A stretch of DNA of 64,000 bases. Source: Gaiellales bacterium (GTDB lineage: Bacteria > Actinomycetota > Thermoleophilia > Gaiellales > JAICJC01). Below, in pieces: positions 34,829-43,978 of the stretch. The notes beneath the pieces are model-generated. The model saw only the letters and a program-made list of their open reading frames with translations, had not been told where the DNA came from and did not search any database. Both the position numbers and the translations under genes were made by a program. Each line of letters starts with the position of its first letter. Within the stretch, counting starts at the first letter, position 1. The stretch covers positions 49,945-113,944 of the forward strand of contig JBBQUW010000007.1 of assembly GCA_038212095.1 (NCBI GenBank), in the 5' to 3' direction.

Positions 34829-35872
34829 TTAGGCTGCGCGCAGGGGCTGCATGTCGGCCGAGGCGGCCAGTTCGCGCAGCGCCTCCGCCTCGAGCTGGCG
34901 CACCCGCTCGCGGGTCAGTCCGACGATGCGGCCGATCTCCTCGAGGTTGCGGGGGTCGTTGCCATCCAGGCCAAACCGCAGCTCCAGGATCAGGCGCTTG
35001 CGCTCGCCCAGCCGGTTCAGGCCCTCGCGCAGCTTCTCGTGTCGCAGCTGCGCTTCGGCAAGCTCCTCGGGGTTGCCGGCGTCCGGATCGGCGATCATGT
35101 CGCCCAGCTCCGAGTCACCATCCTCGCCGACCGGCTCGTGCATCGAGACGGTCTTTCGTGCCAGGCTGAGCGTCTCGGCGACGGCGTCGACGGTCAGCTC
35201 GGCCGCCTTCGCGATCTCGTCGTCGGTCGGCTCGCGACCCAGGCTCGCCTCGAGCGAGCGACGCGAGCGCTCGATCGCGCGCAGGCGGTCAGAGACGTGC
35301 ACTGGCAGCCGGATCGTGCGGCCGCTGTTTGCGATCGAGCGCTGCACGGCCTGCCTGATCCACCAGGTGGCGTAGGTCGAGAACTTGAGGTCACGGCGCC
35401 AGTCGAACTTCTCGACGGCGCGGTTCAGACCCAGCACGCCCTCCTGGATCAGGTCGAGGAACGGCACGCCCTGCCCGCGGTACTGCTTGGCGATCGAGAC
35501 CACTAGGCGCAGGTTGGACTCGATCATGCGCCGCTTCGCGATCAGGTCGCCGCTCTCGATAGCCTTGGCCAGGGAGACCTCTTCGTCCTTGGTCAGCAGC
35601 GGGTAGCGGCCGGCCTGGCGCAGGAACAGGTCGAGGCTGTTTGTGGTCGTGATCTCGACGTCCACCACCTCGACCCGCTCTTCGGGGGCGGGCGGGTCGA
35701 CCACGTCGACGCCAAGTCCGGTCAGCTCGTCACGCAGTGCCTGGATGTCATCAGCGTCGAGGTCGATCTCCTGCGCAAGCGCAGCAAGCTCGTCCTCGTA
35801 CAGCACCCCGCGCTCCTGGCCAAGCTCGACCAAGAGCCGGGCTTCCGGCTCGATGATCAGCTGGTCAGTCAT
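34829..35872 (-). CDS. RNA polymerase sigma-70 factor, RpoD/SigA-like (group 1/2)
   Basis: Regions 1.2-4.2 are present: LIQEGVLGLNRAVEKFD, YATWWIRQAVQRS, RLPVHV and LEEIGRIVGLTRERVRQLE. Start ATG35872 (MTDQLIIEPE...) with GAGGAG 9 nt upstream. Confidence 0.9.
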   Translation of the reverse strand: MTDQLIIEPEARLLVELGQERGVLYEDELAALAQEIDLDADDIQALRDELTGLGVDVVDPPAPEERVEVVDVEITTTNSLDLFLRQAGRYPLLTKDEEVSLAKAIESGDLIAKRRMIESNLRLVVSIAKQYRGQGVPFLDLIQEGVLGLNRAVEKFDWRRDLKFSTYATWWIRQAVQRSIANSGRTIRLPVHVSDRLRAIERSRRSLEASLGREPTDDEIAKAAELTVDAVAETLSLARKTVSMHEPVGEDGDSELGDMIADPDAGNPEELAEAQLRHEKLREGLNRLGERKRLILELRFGLDGNDPRNLEEIGRIVGLTRERVRQLEAEALRELAASADMQPLRAA

Positions 35873-36189
35873 AGATATCAACTCCTCGAGACGTCTCGTC
35901 ATCAGGCGGCCCAGACCAAACGGGGCCGCGTTCGCTGTAACGTTCGCGCCGAGCAGGATATTCCCGCTCAGATCTCGCATCTTCTACGTCGTGCCGGTTG
36001 AGGTCGGATTGGAAGCACATCTCCGACCACCTGCCCCGGCAAAGACCCCGGTGCCACGACCGCCCAACGATACGGGCCGGCCGCGTCGGGAACCATCCCC
36101 GATTTGCGGTGTTCGTATACCCAGTTTATCCCCGTGTCGGAGGACTTACCAGGGGGTACTGCCCTGACCCACGGACTTCTTACCTCGTC

Positions 36190-37347
36190 TTAACCTGAGA
36201 TTCGCACAGCGCCCATGTAGTCGCCGGCGTAGTCAGCCATCGAGGAGATCTTGACGACGTCACCGGTGTGCGGGGCGTGGATGAAGAGTCCCCCGCCGAT
36301 ATAGATGCCCATGTGCCCCAGGTCAGAGTAGAAGAAGACGAGGTCTCCGGGGGCCAACTGGCCGCTGCCGACGTGCGCGCCCATGTTCCATATCGACACG
36401 GTGTAGTGGGGCAGCGAGATGCCCAGCCGGCCGTAGACGTACACGACCAAGCCCGAGCAGTCGAAGCCGGATGGGCTGGCGCCGCCCCAGACGTAGGGCA
36501 CGCCGAGGTACTGCTGCGCGATCGCGGCGGCCTGCTGGCCGAGCGTGCCTGCAGGCGGCGGCGAGTACGTGCCGCCGCCGCTACCGCCCGAGCTGCCGCC
36601 GCCGCTACCTCCGCCGCTGGTCGCGGGAGGCTGATTGGCCTGCTGCTGGAGCTTCGCTGCGGCGGCCCTGGCCGCGCGGTCGCGGGCCGCGCGCTGCTGA
36701 TCGATCATCTGCCGAATGTCGGCATGCACGCTGTCCAGCAACTGCTGGCGCGCGCGCAGGCCGGCCTCGATCGTCGCCTTGTGCGAGGCCGCCTCGGCGA
36801 AGAGCGCCTTGGCCGAACTGACCTCCTTGCGCAGCGCGCTCTGGCGTCGGGCGATCTCGTGCTCGGCGCTGGTGACGGCGCCAAGCAGCTCGGTCTCGGA
36901 CTTGGAGATGCGCTGGACGTACTCGACGCGATCAACCAGCGTGGTGAACGAGCCGGAGCCGAGCACGTAGGCGGTGGTGTCGTTGCTGCCGTTGCCCGAC
37001 TGCTTGTAGGACGAGACGAGGAACGCGGCGAGCTGCACGCGGGCGATGTGCAGACTATGGCGCGCGATCGCCAGCTGGATCGTGTTCTGCCGGATCTGGG
37101 CACGCACGTCGCTCAGGTGCTGGTGGGCGCTGTTGTAGGCCTCGATCGAGGCCTCGAGCCGCACGTCCATCGCATTCAGCTGGCGCTCGATCACGGCAGC
37201 CTGGGCGCGCTTGTCGCTCAGCTTGCTTGCCTGTGCGGGGCCCACCAGCGCGGCCACGGCAAAGGCCGCGAACATCGCCAGGATGCCGGTGCGACGGGCC
37301 CACGCACGTATGCTGGGCCGCCGCCGGTGACCGGTCCTCATCGGCAT
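36190..37347 (-). CDS. NlpC/P60 peptidoglycan endopeptidase with N-terminal coiled-coil (RipA/PcsB-like architecture)
   Basis: Signal/TM segment, long coiled-coil, Gly/Ser linker, then an NlpC/P60 domain (YVWGGASPSGFDCSGLV, GHMGIYIGGGLFIHAP). Confidence 0.9.
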   Translation of the reverse strand: MPMRTGHRRRPSIRAWARRTGILAMFAAFAVAALVGPAQASKLSDKRAQAAVIERQLNAMDVRLEASIEAYNSAHQHLSDVRAQIRQNTIQLAIARHSLHIARVQLAAFLVSSYKQSGNGSNDTTAYVLGSGSFTTLVDRVEYVQRISKSETELLGAVTSAEHEIARRQSALRKEVSSAKALFAEAASHKATIEAGLRARQQLLDSVHADIRQMIDQQRAARDRAARAAAAKLQQQANQPPATSGGGSGGGSSGGSGGGTYSPPPAGTLGQQAAAIAQQYLGVPYVWGGASPSGFDCSGLVVYVYGRLGISLPHYTVSIWNMGAHVGSGQLAPGDLVFFYSDLGHMGIYIGGGLFIHAPHTGDVVKISSMADYAGDYMGAVRISG

Positions 37348-37521
37348 GGGGCGGGACTCTACCAGCCTGGACGGACAGCAACAACACGCTTCCGGACATG
37401 TTTACCAGCAGCTAACAGTTGCGGTTGTTCGCCGTTCGGCCGCTTTTGTGGCTGGGGCCGGCGGTTGGCGGGCGTTGCAGGCGGGCCCGGCAGCGGTCGA
37501 AAGCGGCGATAGACGTCAGTA

Positions 37522-37550
37522 TTGCAAAGTGGGGAGTAGTGGGGTAGAGT
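37522..37550 (+). promoter_or_regulatory. Candidate Pmra promoter
   Basis: TTGCAA (37522-37527), a 17-nt spacer, then TAGAGT (37545-37550). It overlaps the MraZ boxes. No experimental support. Confidence 0.35.
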
Positions 37551-37564
37551 GGGGCGAAATGGGA
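37529..37564 (+). promoter_or_regulatory. MraZ operator: four direct repeats at exact 10-bp phasing
   Basis: GTGGGG at 37529, 37539 and 37549, and ATGGGA at 37559, ending 11 nt before the mraZ start. Matches the known TGGGN direct-repeat MraZ site. Confidence 0.75.
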
Positions 37565-37574
37565 AAGAGAGCCT

Positions 37575-38003
37575 GTGCTGCTCGGCGAATTCACTCAACG
37601 ACTTGATGCAAAGAACCGCCTCACCCTTCCCGCGAAGTTTCGCGCGCAGTTCGCTGAAGGCGTGGTGGTCACCAAGGGCTTCGACGGCTGTCTGTTCGTG
37701 TTCACCCGCGGCAGCTGGAACTCTTTCGTCGAGTCGAAGCTGGAACGGCTCGACCCGTTCAACAAGCAGTCCCGTACCATCAGCCGTTGGATGTTCGCCG
37801 GCGCGAGCGAGTGCGAGCTGGACGGTCAGGGCCGCGTGATGCTCGCCCAACCGCTGCTCCAGCATGCCGGGCTGAGCAAGGACATCGTCGTCGCCGGGCT
37901 GCGTGACTACCTCGAGATCTGGGATGTCGAGGCCTGGAGACACCAGCAAGCCGAATCCGAGGGGAGCGTGGAGGATGTTGCCGAACGTCTCTCACAGCAG
38001 TAG
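37575..38003 (+). CDS. mraZ: Transcriptional regulator MraZ
   Basis: (M)LLGEFTQRLDAKNRLTLPAKFR and a second SpoVT/AbrB-like repeat. First gene of the dcw cluster. Confidence 0.95.
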   Translation: MLLGEFTQRLDAKNRLTLPAKFRAQFAEGVVVTKGFDGCLFVFTRGSWNSFVESKLERLDPFNKQSRTISRWMFAGASECELDGQGRVMLAQPLLQHAGLSKDIVVAGLRDYLEIWDVEAWRHQQAESEGSVEDVAERLSQQ

Positions 38004-38010
38004 GAACGCC

Positions 38011-38946
38011 ATGACCCATGTACCGGTGCTCGCACCCGAGGTGGCCGAGCTGCTCGATCTGCAGCCGGGAGACAGCGTGGTCGATTGCACCTTCGGCGCC
38101 GGTGGCCACGCTGCGCTGCTCGAGTCGCGGCTGGAAGGCCACGGCAGCTACATCGCGATCGACCGCGACCCGGACGCCGGCGTCCACTTCGACCACTTTG
38201 CCGCCACCGCCGCGGTCGAGACTCGGTTCATGCACGGCAATTTCGCGCTCGTCCTACGCAACCTTGTCGCCACCGGCATGCGCGCCGACGCCGTGCTGAT
38301 GGACCTCGGCATCTCATCGATGCAGGTCGACCGGCCCGAGCGCGGCTTCAGCTACGCCGCGGACGCGCCGCTCGACATGCGGATGGATCCCTCCGCGGAT
38401 CTCACCGCCACCGAGATCGTGAACGAGTGGGACGAGCGTGAGATCGCGCAGATCCTGCGCGAGTACGGCGAAGAGCGGTTCTCCCGCCAGATCGCGCGCG
38501 CCATCATCCGTCGCCGCGACCGCCAGCCGTTCCTGCGCACCGGCGATCTGGTCGAGGTGATCAAGGCGGCGATCCCCACACCGAGCCGGTTCGGCCAGGG
38601 TCATCCCGCCAAGCGCTCGTTCCAGGCGCTCAGGATCGCCGTCAACGACGAGCTCGACTCGCTGGTGGATGGGCTCGATCAGGCCCTGTCGCTCCTCGCA
38701 CCCGGCGGGCGGATGGCGGTGATCAGCTTCCACTCGCTGGAAGACAGGATCGTGAAGCGCTTCATCCGCGACCAGGCCCGCGGCTGCACCTGCCCGCCCG
38801 ACTTCCCTATCTGCGTCTGTGGGCACGAGCCCCTGCTGCGGGCGCTCACCCCGCGAGCCGTGGTTCCGACAGTCGATGAGCGATGCACCAATCCCCGCTC
38901 GGCCTCGGCCAAGCTGCGGGCGGCCGAGAGGACAGAGGCGCCGTGA
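38011..38946 (+). CDS. rsmH: 16S rRNA (cytosine1402-N4)-methyltransferase RsmH
   Basis: HVPVL, DCTFGAGGHA, DLGISSMQVD and SFHSLEDR. Start trimmed to ATG38011. Confidence 0.95.
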   Translation: MTHVPVLAPEVAELLDLQPGDSVVDCTFGAGGHAALLESRLEGHGSYIAIDRDPDAGVHFDHFAATAAVETRFMHGNFALVLRNLVATGMRADAVLMDLGISSMQVDRPERGFSYAADAPLDMRMDPSADLTATEIVNEWDEREIAQILREYGEERFSRQIARAIIRRRDRQPFLRTGDLVEVIKAAIPTPSRFGQGHPAKRSFQALRIAVNDELDSLVDGLDQALSLLAPGGRMAVISFHSLEDRIVKRFIRDQARGCTCPPDFPICVCGHEPLLRALTPRAVVPTVDERCTNPRSASAKLRAAERTEAP

Positions 38947-39452
38947 GCCTGGTCGCTCCGGCACCGTCCGCTCCTTCCCGCCCCCGCAGGAGCAGTAAGC
39001 CGGCACCCGCCGCACCGCGACCCGCGAAGCCCCGCACCGCCCGCACGGCGCTCGCGCGCCCACGCTCTGGCCGCTCGCCGGTCACGCCCGGTGTGATCTG
39101 GGTGCTACTGCTGGCGACCCTGTTCGGCGGCATCGTGGCGCTGAACGTTGGAGCGCTGCGCAGCTCGATCGCGGCCAGCGAGCTTGACGGAGAGGCGGCC
39201 GCGCTGCGCTCGCAGAACGCCGATCTGGAGGCGCTGATCGCCGGCCGGTCTGGCTACGGCCGTATCAGCCAGCTCGCCCAGGGTCTGGGGATGGTGCCCG
39301 CGACGCCCAGCACCCGCGACTACCTGCGCCTGCATCCGGCCCGGTCGAGCCGGCCTGCGGCCGGCGGCCTGACCGGCACGTCCGGTCACCGCGCGACCAC
39401 CAAGTCGTCGACGCTGTTCACCGGGCCGTCCGTGGTGAGCCACAGGCCATGA
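38943..39452 (+). CDS. ftsL: FtsL-like cell-division protein
   Basis: Position between rsmH and ftsI. Basic N-tail, single TM (VIWVLLLATLFGGIVALNV), then a coiled-coil. GTG38943 overlaps the rsmH stop. Confidence 0.7.
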   Translation: MSLVAPAPSAPSRPRRSSKPAPAAPRPAKPRTARTALARPRSGRSPVTPGVIWVLLLATLFGGIVALNVGALRSSIAASELDGEAAALRSQNADLEALIAGRSGYGRISQLAQGLGMVPATPSTRDYLRLHPARSSRPAAGGLTGTSGHRATTKSSTLFTGPSVVSHRP

Positions 39453-41188
39453 CCAAGCTCTCCGACCAGCGTCTGCGGCTGATCCTGATCCTGTCCGTAT
39501 CCGCGTTCGCGCTGGTCGTGGGTCGCGCGCTGTACATCCAGGTGGTGCAGGCCTCGACGCTCGCGGCCAAGGCGCGGGGACAGCAGAACGCCAGCATCAT
39601 CGTGCCCACGTCGCGGGGACGGATCCTCGACAGCGCGGGGCAGCCGCTGGCTCAGGACGTGGCCGCAAACGACCTCATGGTGCATCCGGCCGACGTGCAA
39701 GACCCGGTGCAGACGGCGTCGTTCATCGCCCAGTCGCTGGGCTTCACGCCCAAGCACAAGAAGGCGCTGTTGAACGAGGTGAACGTGCTGCTGCCGCGGC
39801 TGACCGCAAAGGGCGTTACGGAGGGTCGTGTGCTGGCGCAGCTCGACCCGCTGATCGCCGCCAAGATCATGGACGCCAAGCCGCCCGGGCTGTTCCTCGC
39901 CAGCAGCGTACGGCGGGACTATCCCACCAGCCGGCAGGCGGCCCAGCTGCTGGGCTATACCGACTTCGCCAACAGCGGCCAGAATGGCGCGGGCATCGAG
40001 CAGCAATACAACCAGGTGCTCACCGGCCGCGCCGGTGAGCAGCTGCAGGTGCGGGGCCCGGGTGGCGTCGCCTTGAACACGATCACCCTGCGCGCCGCCC
40101 GACCCGGTCGCGACGTGCAGTTGACCATCGATCGCGCCATCCAGGCCAAGGTGCAGTCGGTGCTGGACGGCACGGTGCACCGCTTCAAGGCGCACGCCGC
40201 CACGGCGATCGTGCTCGACCCCAAGACAGGCGCGATCATGGCGATGGCGACCTCGCCCGGCTACGACAACAACCTCGTCCACGACCTGCCCGCCAAGCGA
40301 TTCCACGACATGACTCAGAACATGGCGGTGGAGTACTCCTACGAGCCGGGCTCGACGTTCAAGGTCGTGACGATGGCGGCCGCGCTGACGAACCACATCG
40401 TCGAGCCCGGCACCGTCTTCCATAACCTTCCCTACTCGATCAAGGTCGGCGACAAGATCGTGCACGACGATGTGCCGCGGGGTCCCATCAAGCGCATCAC
40501 GGTACGGACGATCCTCCAGGAGTCCTCCAACGTCGGCACCGTCACGATCGCCCGCATGGTCGGGCGGACGCTGCTGTCGCAGTGGATCAGCCGGTTTGGG
40601 TTCGGCCACACCACCGGCGTCAACCTGCCGGGCGAGGCGCCGGGCATCCTGCTGCCCCCGGACAAGTGGTACGACTCGTCGATCGGGAACATCCCGATCG
40701 GCCAGGGCATCGCGGTCACGCCGATGCAGATGGCGGCGATGTACTCGGCGATCGCCAACGGCGGGGTGCTGGTGCAGCCGCACGTGGTCAAGAGGGTCGA
40801 GGGCGAGGGCGCACCGGTGGTGCCAAGCCGCCGGATCGTCGACGCAGCCACCGATCACAAGCTGGTGAACATGCTGAAAGGCGTGGTCGACACCGCGACC
40901 GGAACCGGCGTGCGGGCGCGCGTGTCCGGCTACACCGTGGCCGGCAAGACCGGCACCGCGCAGAAGGCGCTCGCTCACGGACTCGGCTACTCCACGGTCA
41001 ACTACGTGGCCTCGTTCGTCGGCTTCCTGCCGGCGGACAACCCCCAGGTCGAGGTGCTGGTGGTGGTCGACTCGCCGCGTGGCAACATCTTCGGCGGCAT
41101 CGTGGCGGCTCCGGCCTTTCAGCAGATCGCCAGCTCGCTGACGCAGCTGCTCGCGATCAAGCCCGACCGGTCCCCCACCAAGCCCTGA
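39449..41188 (+). CDS. ftsI: Penicillin-binding protein, division-specific class B transpeptidase (FtsI/PBP2B-like)
   Basis: N-terminal TM, dimerisation domain, and transpeptidase motifs STFK, SSN and KTGT. Confidence 0.95.
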   Translation: MTKLSDQRLRLILILSVSAFALVVGRALYIQVVQASTLAAKARGQQNASIIVPTSRGRILDSAGQPLAQDVAANDLMVHPADVQDPVQTASFIAQSLGFTPKHKKALLNEVNVLLPRLTAKGVTEGRVLAQLDPLIAAKIMDAKPPGLFLASSVRRDYPTSRQAAQLLGYTDFANSGQNGAGIEQQYNQVLTGRAGEQLQVRGPGGVALNTITLRAARPGRDVQLTIDRAIQAKVQSVLDGTVHRFKAHAATAIVLDPKTGAIMAMATSPGYDNNLVHDLPAKRFHDMTQNMAVEYSYEPGSTFKVVTMAAALTNHIVEPGTVFHNLPYSIKVGDKIVHDDVPRGPIKRITVRTILQESSNVGTVTIARMVGRTLLSQWISRFGFGHTTGVNLPGEAPGILLPPDKWYDSSIGNIPIGQGIAVTPMQMAAMYSAIANGGVLVQPHVVKRVEGEGAPVVPSRRIVDAATDHKLVNMLKGVVDTATGTGVRARVSGYTVAGKTGTAQKALAHGLGYSTVNYVASFVGFLPADNPQVEVLVVVDSPRGNIFGGIVAAPAFQQIASSLTQLLAIKPDRSPTKP

Positions 41189-41216
41189 CCAGCGCGCCGG
41201 TTACGCTTCGCTGCCA

Positions 41217-42662
41217 ATGCGACTCGCGACCCTGATCTCGGCGATCGGGCCGCTCGAGGTGCGGGGTGACACCTCGGGCGAGATCGCCGCACTCAGCTAC
41301 GACGCCTCGGCCGTTGTCCCGGGCGCGCTGCACTTCTGCGTCCCCGGGCTGCGCGCCGATGGGCACGACTTCGCTGCCCAGGCCGCGCGGAACGGTGCGA
41401 CGGCGCTGGTCGTCGAGCGACCGGTCGATGTCGAGTTGCCGCAGATCCGGGTGGCGTCCGTGCGCGGCGCGATGGGCCCGGCCGCCGCCACGTTCTACGG
41501 CAACCCCAGCGACGACCTGGCCGTGGTCGGCATCACCGGCACCAATGGCAAGACCACGACGGCCTTTCTCACGCACGCCGTGCTGCAAGCCGCCGGGCTG
41601 CGGCCCGCGCTGCTGGGAACGATCGAGGCTCGCATCGGCGGCGAGGTGGCGGCGGTCAAGCACACGACGCCGGAGAGCATCGATCTGCAGGCGCTGTTTC
41701 GCCGCATGCTGGACGAGGGCGACCGCAGCTGTGCGATGGAGGTGTCGTCGCACGCGCTCTCGCTGGGCCGGGTGGCGGGCACGCGGTTCGCGGCGGCCGC
41801 GTTCACCAACCTGACCCAGGATCATCTCGATTTCCACCCCACCATGGAGGACTACCACGCCGCCAAGCGGCGGCTGTTCGAGGGCGGCGAGTGGCCGGGC
41901 GCGATCAACATCGGCGATCCGTACGGACGGCGGCTGGTGGATGAGGTGCCGGGCCGCGTGCTGACGTACGCCGCTGCCGGCGACGTCGCGGACGTCCGCC
42001 CACACGCGCTGGAGGTCGGGGGCGGGGGTGCGATCGCCATGATCGCGCGCACGCCGCGCGGACTGCTGCCGCTGGACGTGCGGCTGCGTGGGCTGTTCAA
42101 CGTCGAGAACGTGCTGTGTGTGGTCGCGATCGGCGAGCTGCTCGAGGTGCCGCACGAGGCGGTGAGGGCGGGCATCGCCTCGATGGCGGGCGTGCCGGGG
42201 AGGTTCGAGGCGGTCGAGGCCGGACAGCGGTTCGCGGTGCTGGTGGACTATGCGCACACCCCCGACTCGCTCGACAATGTGCTGCGGGCGGCCCGCGCGA
42301 TCGCCCACGGCCGCGTGATCTGCGTCTTTGGCTGCGGCGGCGACCGCGATCGTGGCAAGCGCCCGTTGATGGGAGCAGTGGCACGGCGGCTGGCTGATCG
42401 CGTCATCGTCACCAACGACAACCCGCGCAGCGAGCGGCCGGAGGCGATCGTCGCCGCCATCACGGCCGGCATCGCGATGGAGGTGGAGCTCGATCGCCGG
42501 CGTGCGATCGAGCTGGCGGTACAGGGGGCGGCCGACGGGGACGTGGTCGTGATCGCCGGCAAGGGGCACGAGCAGGGACAGCAGTTTGCCGACCGCACGC
42601 TGCCGTTCGACGATCGCGCGGTCGCCCGCGAGGCGCTCACCCGGCTTGGAGACGAGCGATGA
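41217..42662 (+). CDS. murE: UDP-MurNAc-L-Ala-D-Glu:meso-2,6-diaminopimelate ligase
   Basis: GITGTNGKTT P-loop. The DNPR motif (VTNDNPRSE) suggests DAP specificity. Confidence 0.95.
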   Translation: MRLATLISAIGPLEVRGDTSGEIAALSYDASAVVPGALHFCVPGLRADGHDFAAQAARNGATALVVERPVDVELPQIRVASVRGAMGPAAATFYGNPSDDLAVVGITGTNGKTTTAFLTHAVLQAAGLRPALLGTIEARIGGEVAAVKHTTPESIDLQALFRRMLDEGDRSCAMEVSSHALSLGRVAGTRFAAAAFTNLTQDHLDFHPTMEDYHAAKRRLFEGGEWPGAINIGDPYGRRLVDEVPGRVLTYAAAGDVADVRPHALEVGGGGAIAMIARTPRGLLPLDVRLRGLFNVENVLCVVAIGELLEVPHEAVRAGIASMAGVPGRFEAVEAGQRFAVLVDYAHTPDSLDNVLRAARAIAHGRVICVFGCGGDRDRGKRPLMGAVARRLADRVIVTNDNPRSERPEAIVAAITAGIAMEVELDRRRAIELAVQGAADGDVVVIAGKGHEQGQQFADRTLPFDDRAVAREALTRLGDER

Positions 42663-43978
42663 TCGAGATCGAGATCACTCAGGTGATCGCATTGACCCAC
42701 GGCAGTGGCTCGGCCGAGGGGAGCGTGCGCGGGCTCTCGACCGACTCTCGCGCGATCGCCGAGGGCGACCTGTTCGTCGCCCTTCCCGGGCGCCGCAGCG
42801 ATGGGGTGCAGCATGTCGACGAGGCGCTGGAGCGGGGCGCGGTCGCTGCGCTGGTGCCGCGCGGCGCGGGCGGGCGCGGTCGGATCGAGGTCGACGACGT
42901 GCTGGATGCGGTCGCTGTCGTGGCGCGCGAGGTGCGACAGCGGTCGCGGGCGCGGGTGGTGGGGATCACCGGCTCGACCGGCAAGACGTCGACCAAGGAC
43001 ATCCTGGCGGCGCTGCTCGAGCCCCACCTGACGGTGGTGGCCAGCCGGGAGAACGAGAACAACGAGCTTGGGGTACCGCTGACGCTGGCCCGGATCGAGC
43101 GCGACAGCGAGGTGGCGGTGGTCGAGATGGCGATGCGGGGACTGGGGCAGATCGCATACCTGGCGGCCATCGCCTCCCCCGATATCGGCCTGATCACCGG
43201 TATCGGTCCTGTTCATCTGGAGCTGTTGGGCAGCGTCGGCAGGGTGGCCGAGGCGAAGGCCGAACTGCTGGCCGCGCTCCCGCATGACGGGGTCGCGGTG
43301 GTGCCACACGGAGAGCCCCTGCTCGCCCCGTTCCTGGATCAGCTGCGATGCCGGGTGGTGACATTCGGAACCGCGTCTGAGGCCGATGTGCAGCTGATCC
43401 GGTTCCGGCGGGCGCCACCGGGCGGTGAGGCGGAGATCGCCGTCGGCGGTCGAAGCATTACCCTGCCCGTGACGTTCGCATCCCAGCACAACGCGCTCAA
43501 CCTGGCATCTGCGGTGGCCGTGTACGACGCGCTCGGACTCCCGCTCGAGCGGGTCGCGGCGGGATCCGCCCAGGTGCGGTTCTCACGCTGGCGTGGCGAG
43601 GAGATCGCGCTGGTGGGCGGCGGCCTGCTGATCGCGGATTGCTACAACGCCAACCCGACCTCGATGCGGGCGGCGCTGATCCACCTCAGCGATGCCGGCG
43701 GCGCTCGCCGGCGCGTGGCCGTGCTTGGCGACATGGCCGAGCTGGGCGCAGGCGCCGCCAGCTACCACCATCAGGTCGGCGACGTTGCCCGCGAGCTGGG
43801 CATCGAGCTGGTGGTTGGGGTCGGGCCGCTGGCCCGTGGGTACGGCGGGCGCTGGTTCGCGACCGTCCCGCAGCTGCTGGACGAGCTGCCCGGGATGATC
43901 GAGCCGCAGGACGCCGTGCTGGTCAAAGCCAGCCGGTCGATGGGCCTCGAGGCCGTGGTGGAGGCGATCGCGCCGTGA
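42659..43978 (+). CDS. murF: UDP-MurNAc-tripeptide:D-Ala-D-Ala ligase
   Basis: GITGSTGKTSTKD P-loop, position and length. Confidence 0.95.
   Translation: MIEIEITQVIALTHGSGSAEGSVRGLSTDSRAIAEGDLFVALPGRRSDGVQHVDEALERGAVAALVPRGAGGRGRIEVDDVLDAVAVVAREVRQRSRARVVGITGSTGKTSTKDILAALLEPHLTVVASRENENNELGVPLTLARIERDSEVAVVEMAMRGLGQIAYLAAIASPDIGLITGIGPVHLELLGSVGRVAEAKAELLAALPHDGVAVVPHGEPLLAPFLDQLRCRVVTFGTASEADVQLIRFRRAPPGGEAEIAVGGRSITLPVTFASQHNALNLASAVAVYDALGLPLERVAAGSAQVRFSRWRGEEIALVGGGLLIADCYNANPTSMRAALIHLSDAGGARRRVAVLGDMAELGAGAASYHHQVGDVARELGIELVVGVGPLARGYGGRWFATVPQLLDELPGMIEPQDAVLVKASRSMGLEAVVEAIAP

Noticed and set aside
37348-37520. Cyclic-di-AMP (ydaO-type) riboswitch upstream of the NlpC/P60 hydrolase gene. 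Such riboswitches precede cell-wall hydrolase genes in some actinobacteria.
   Set aside because: Reading the minus-strand leader, I found none of the conserved ydaO-like core strings or the pseudo-two-fold architecture. This cannot be fully excluded without cmsearch.
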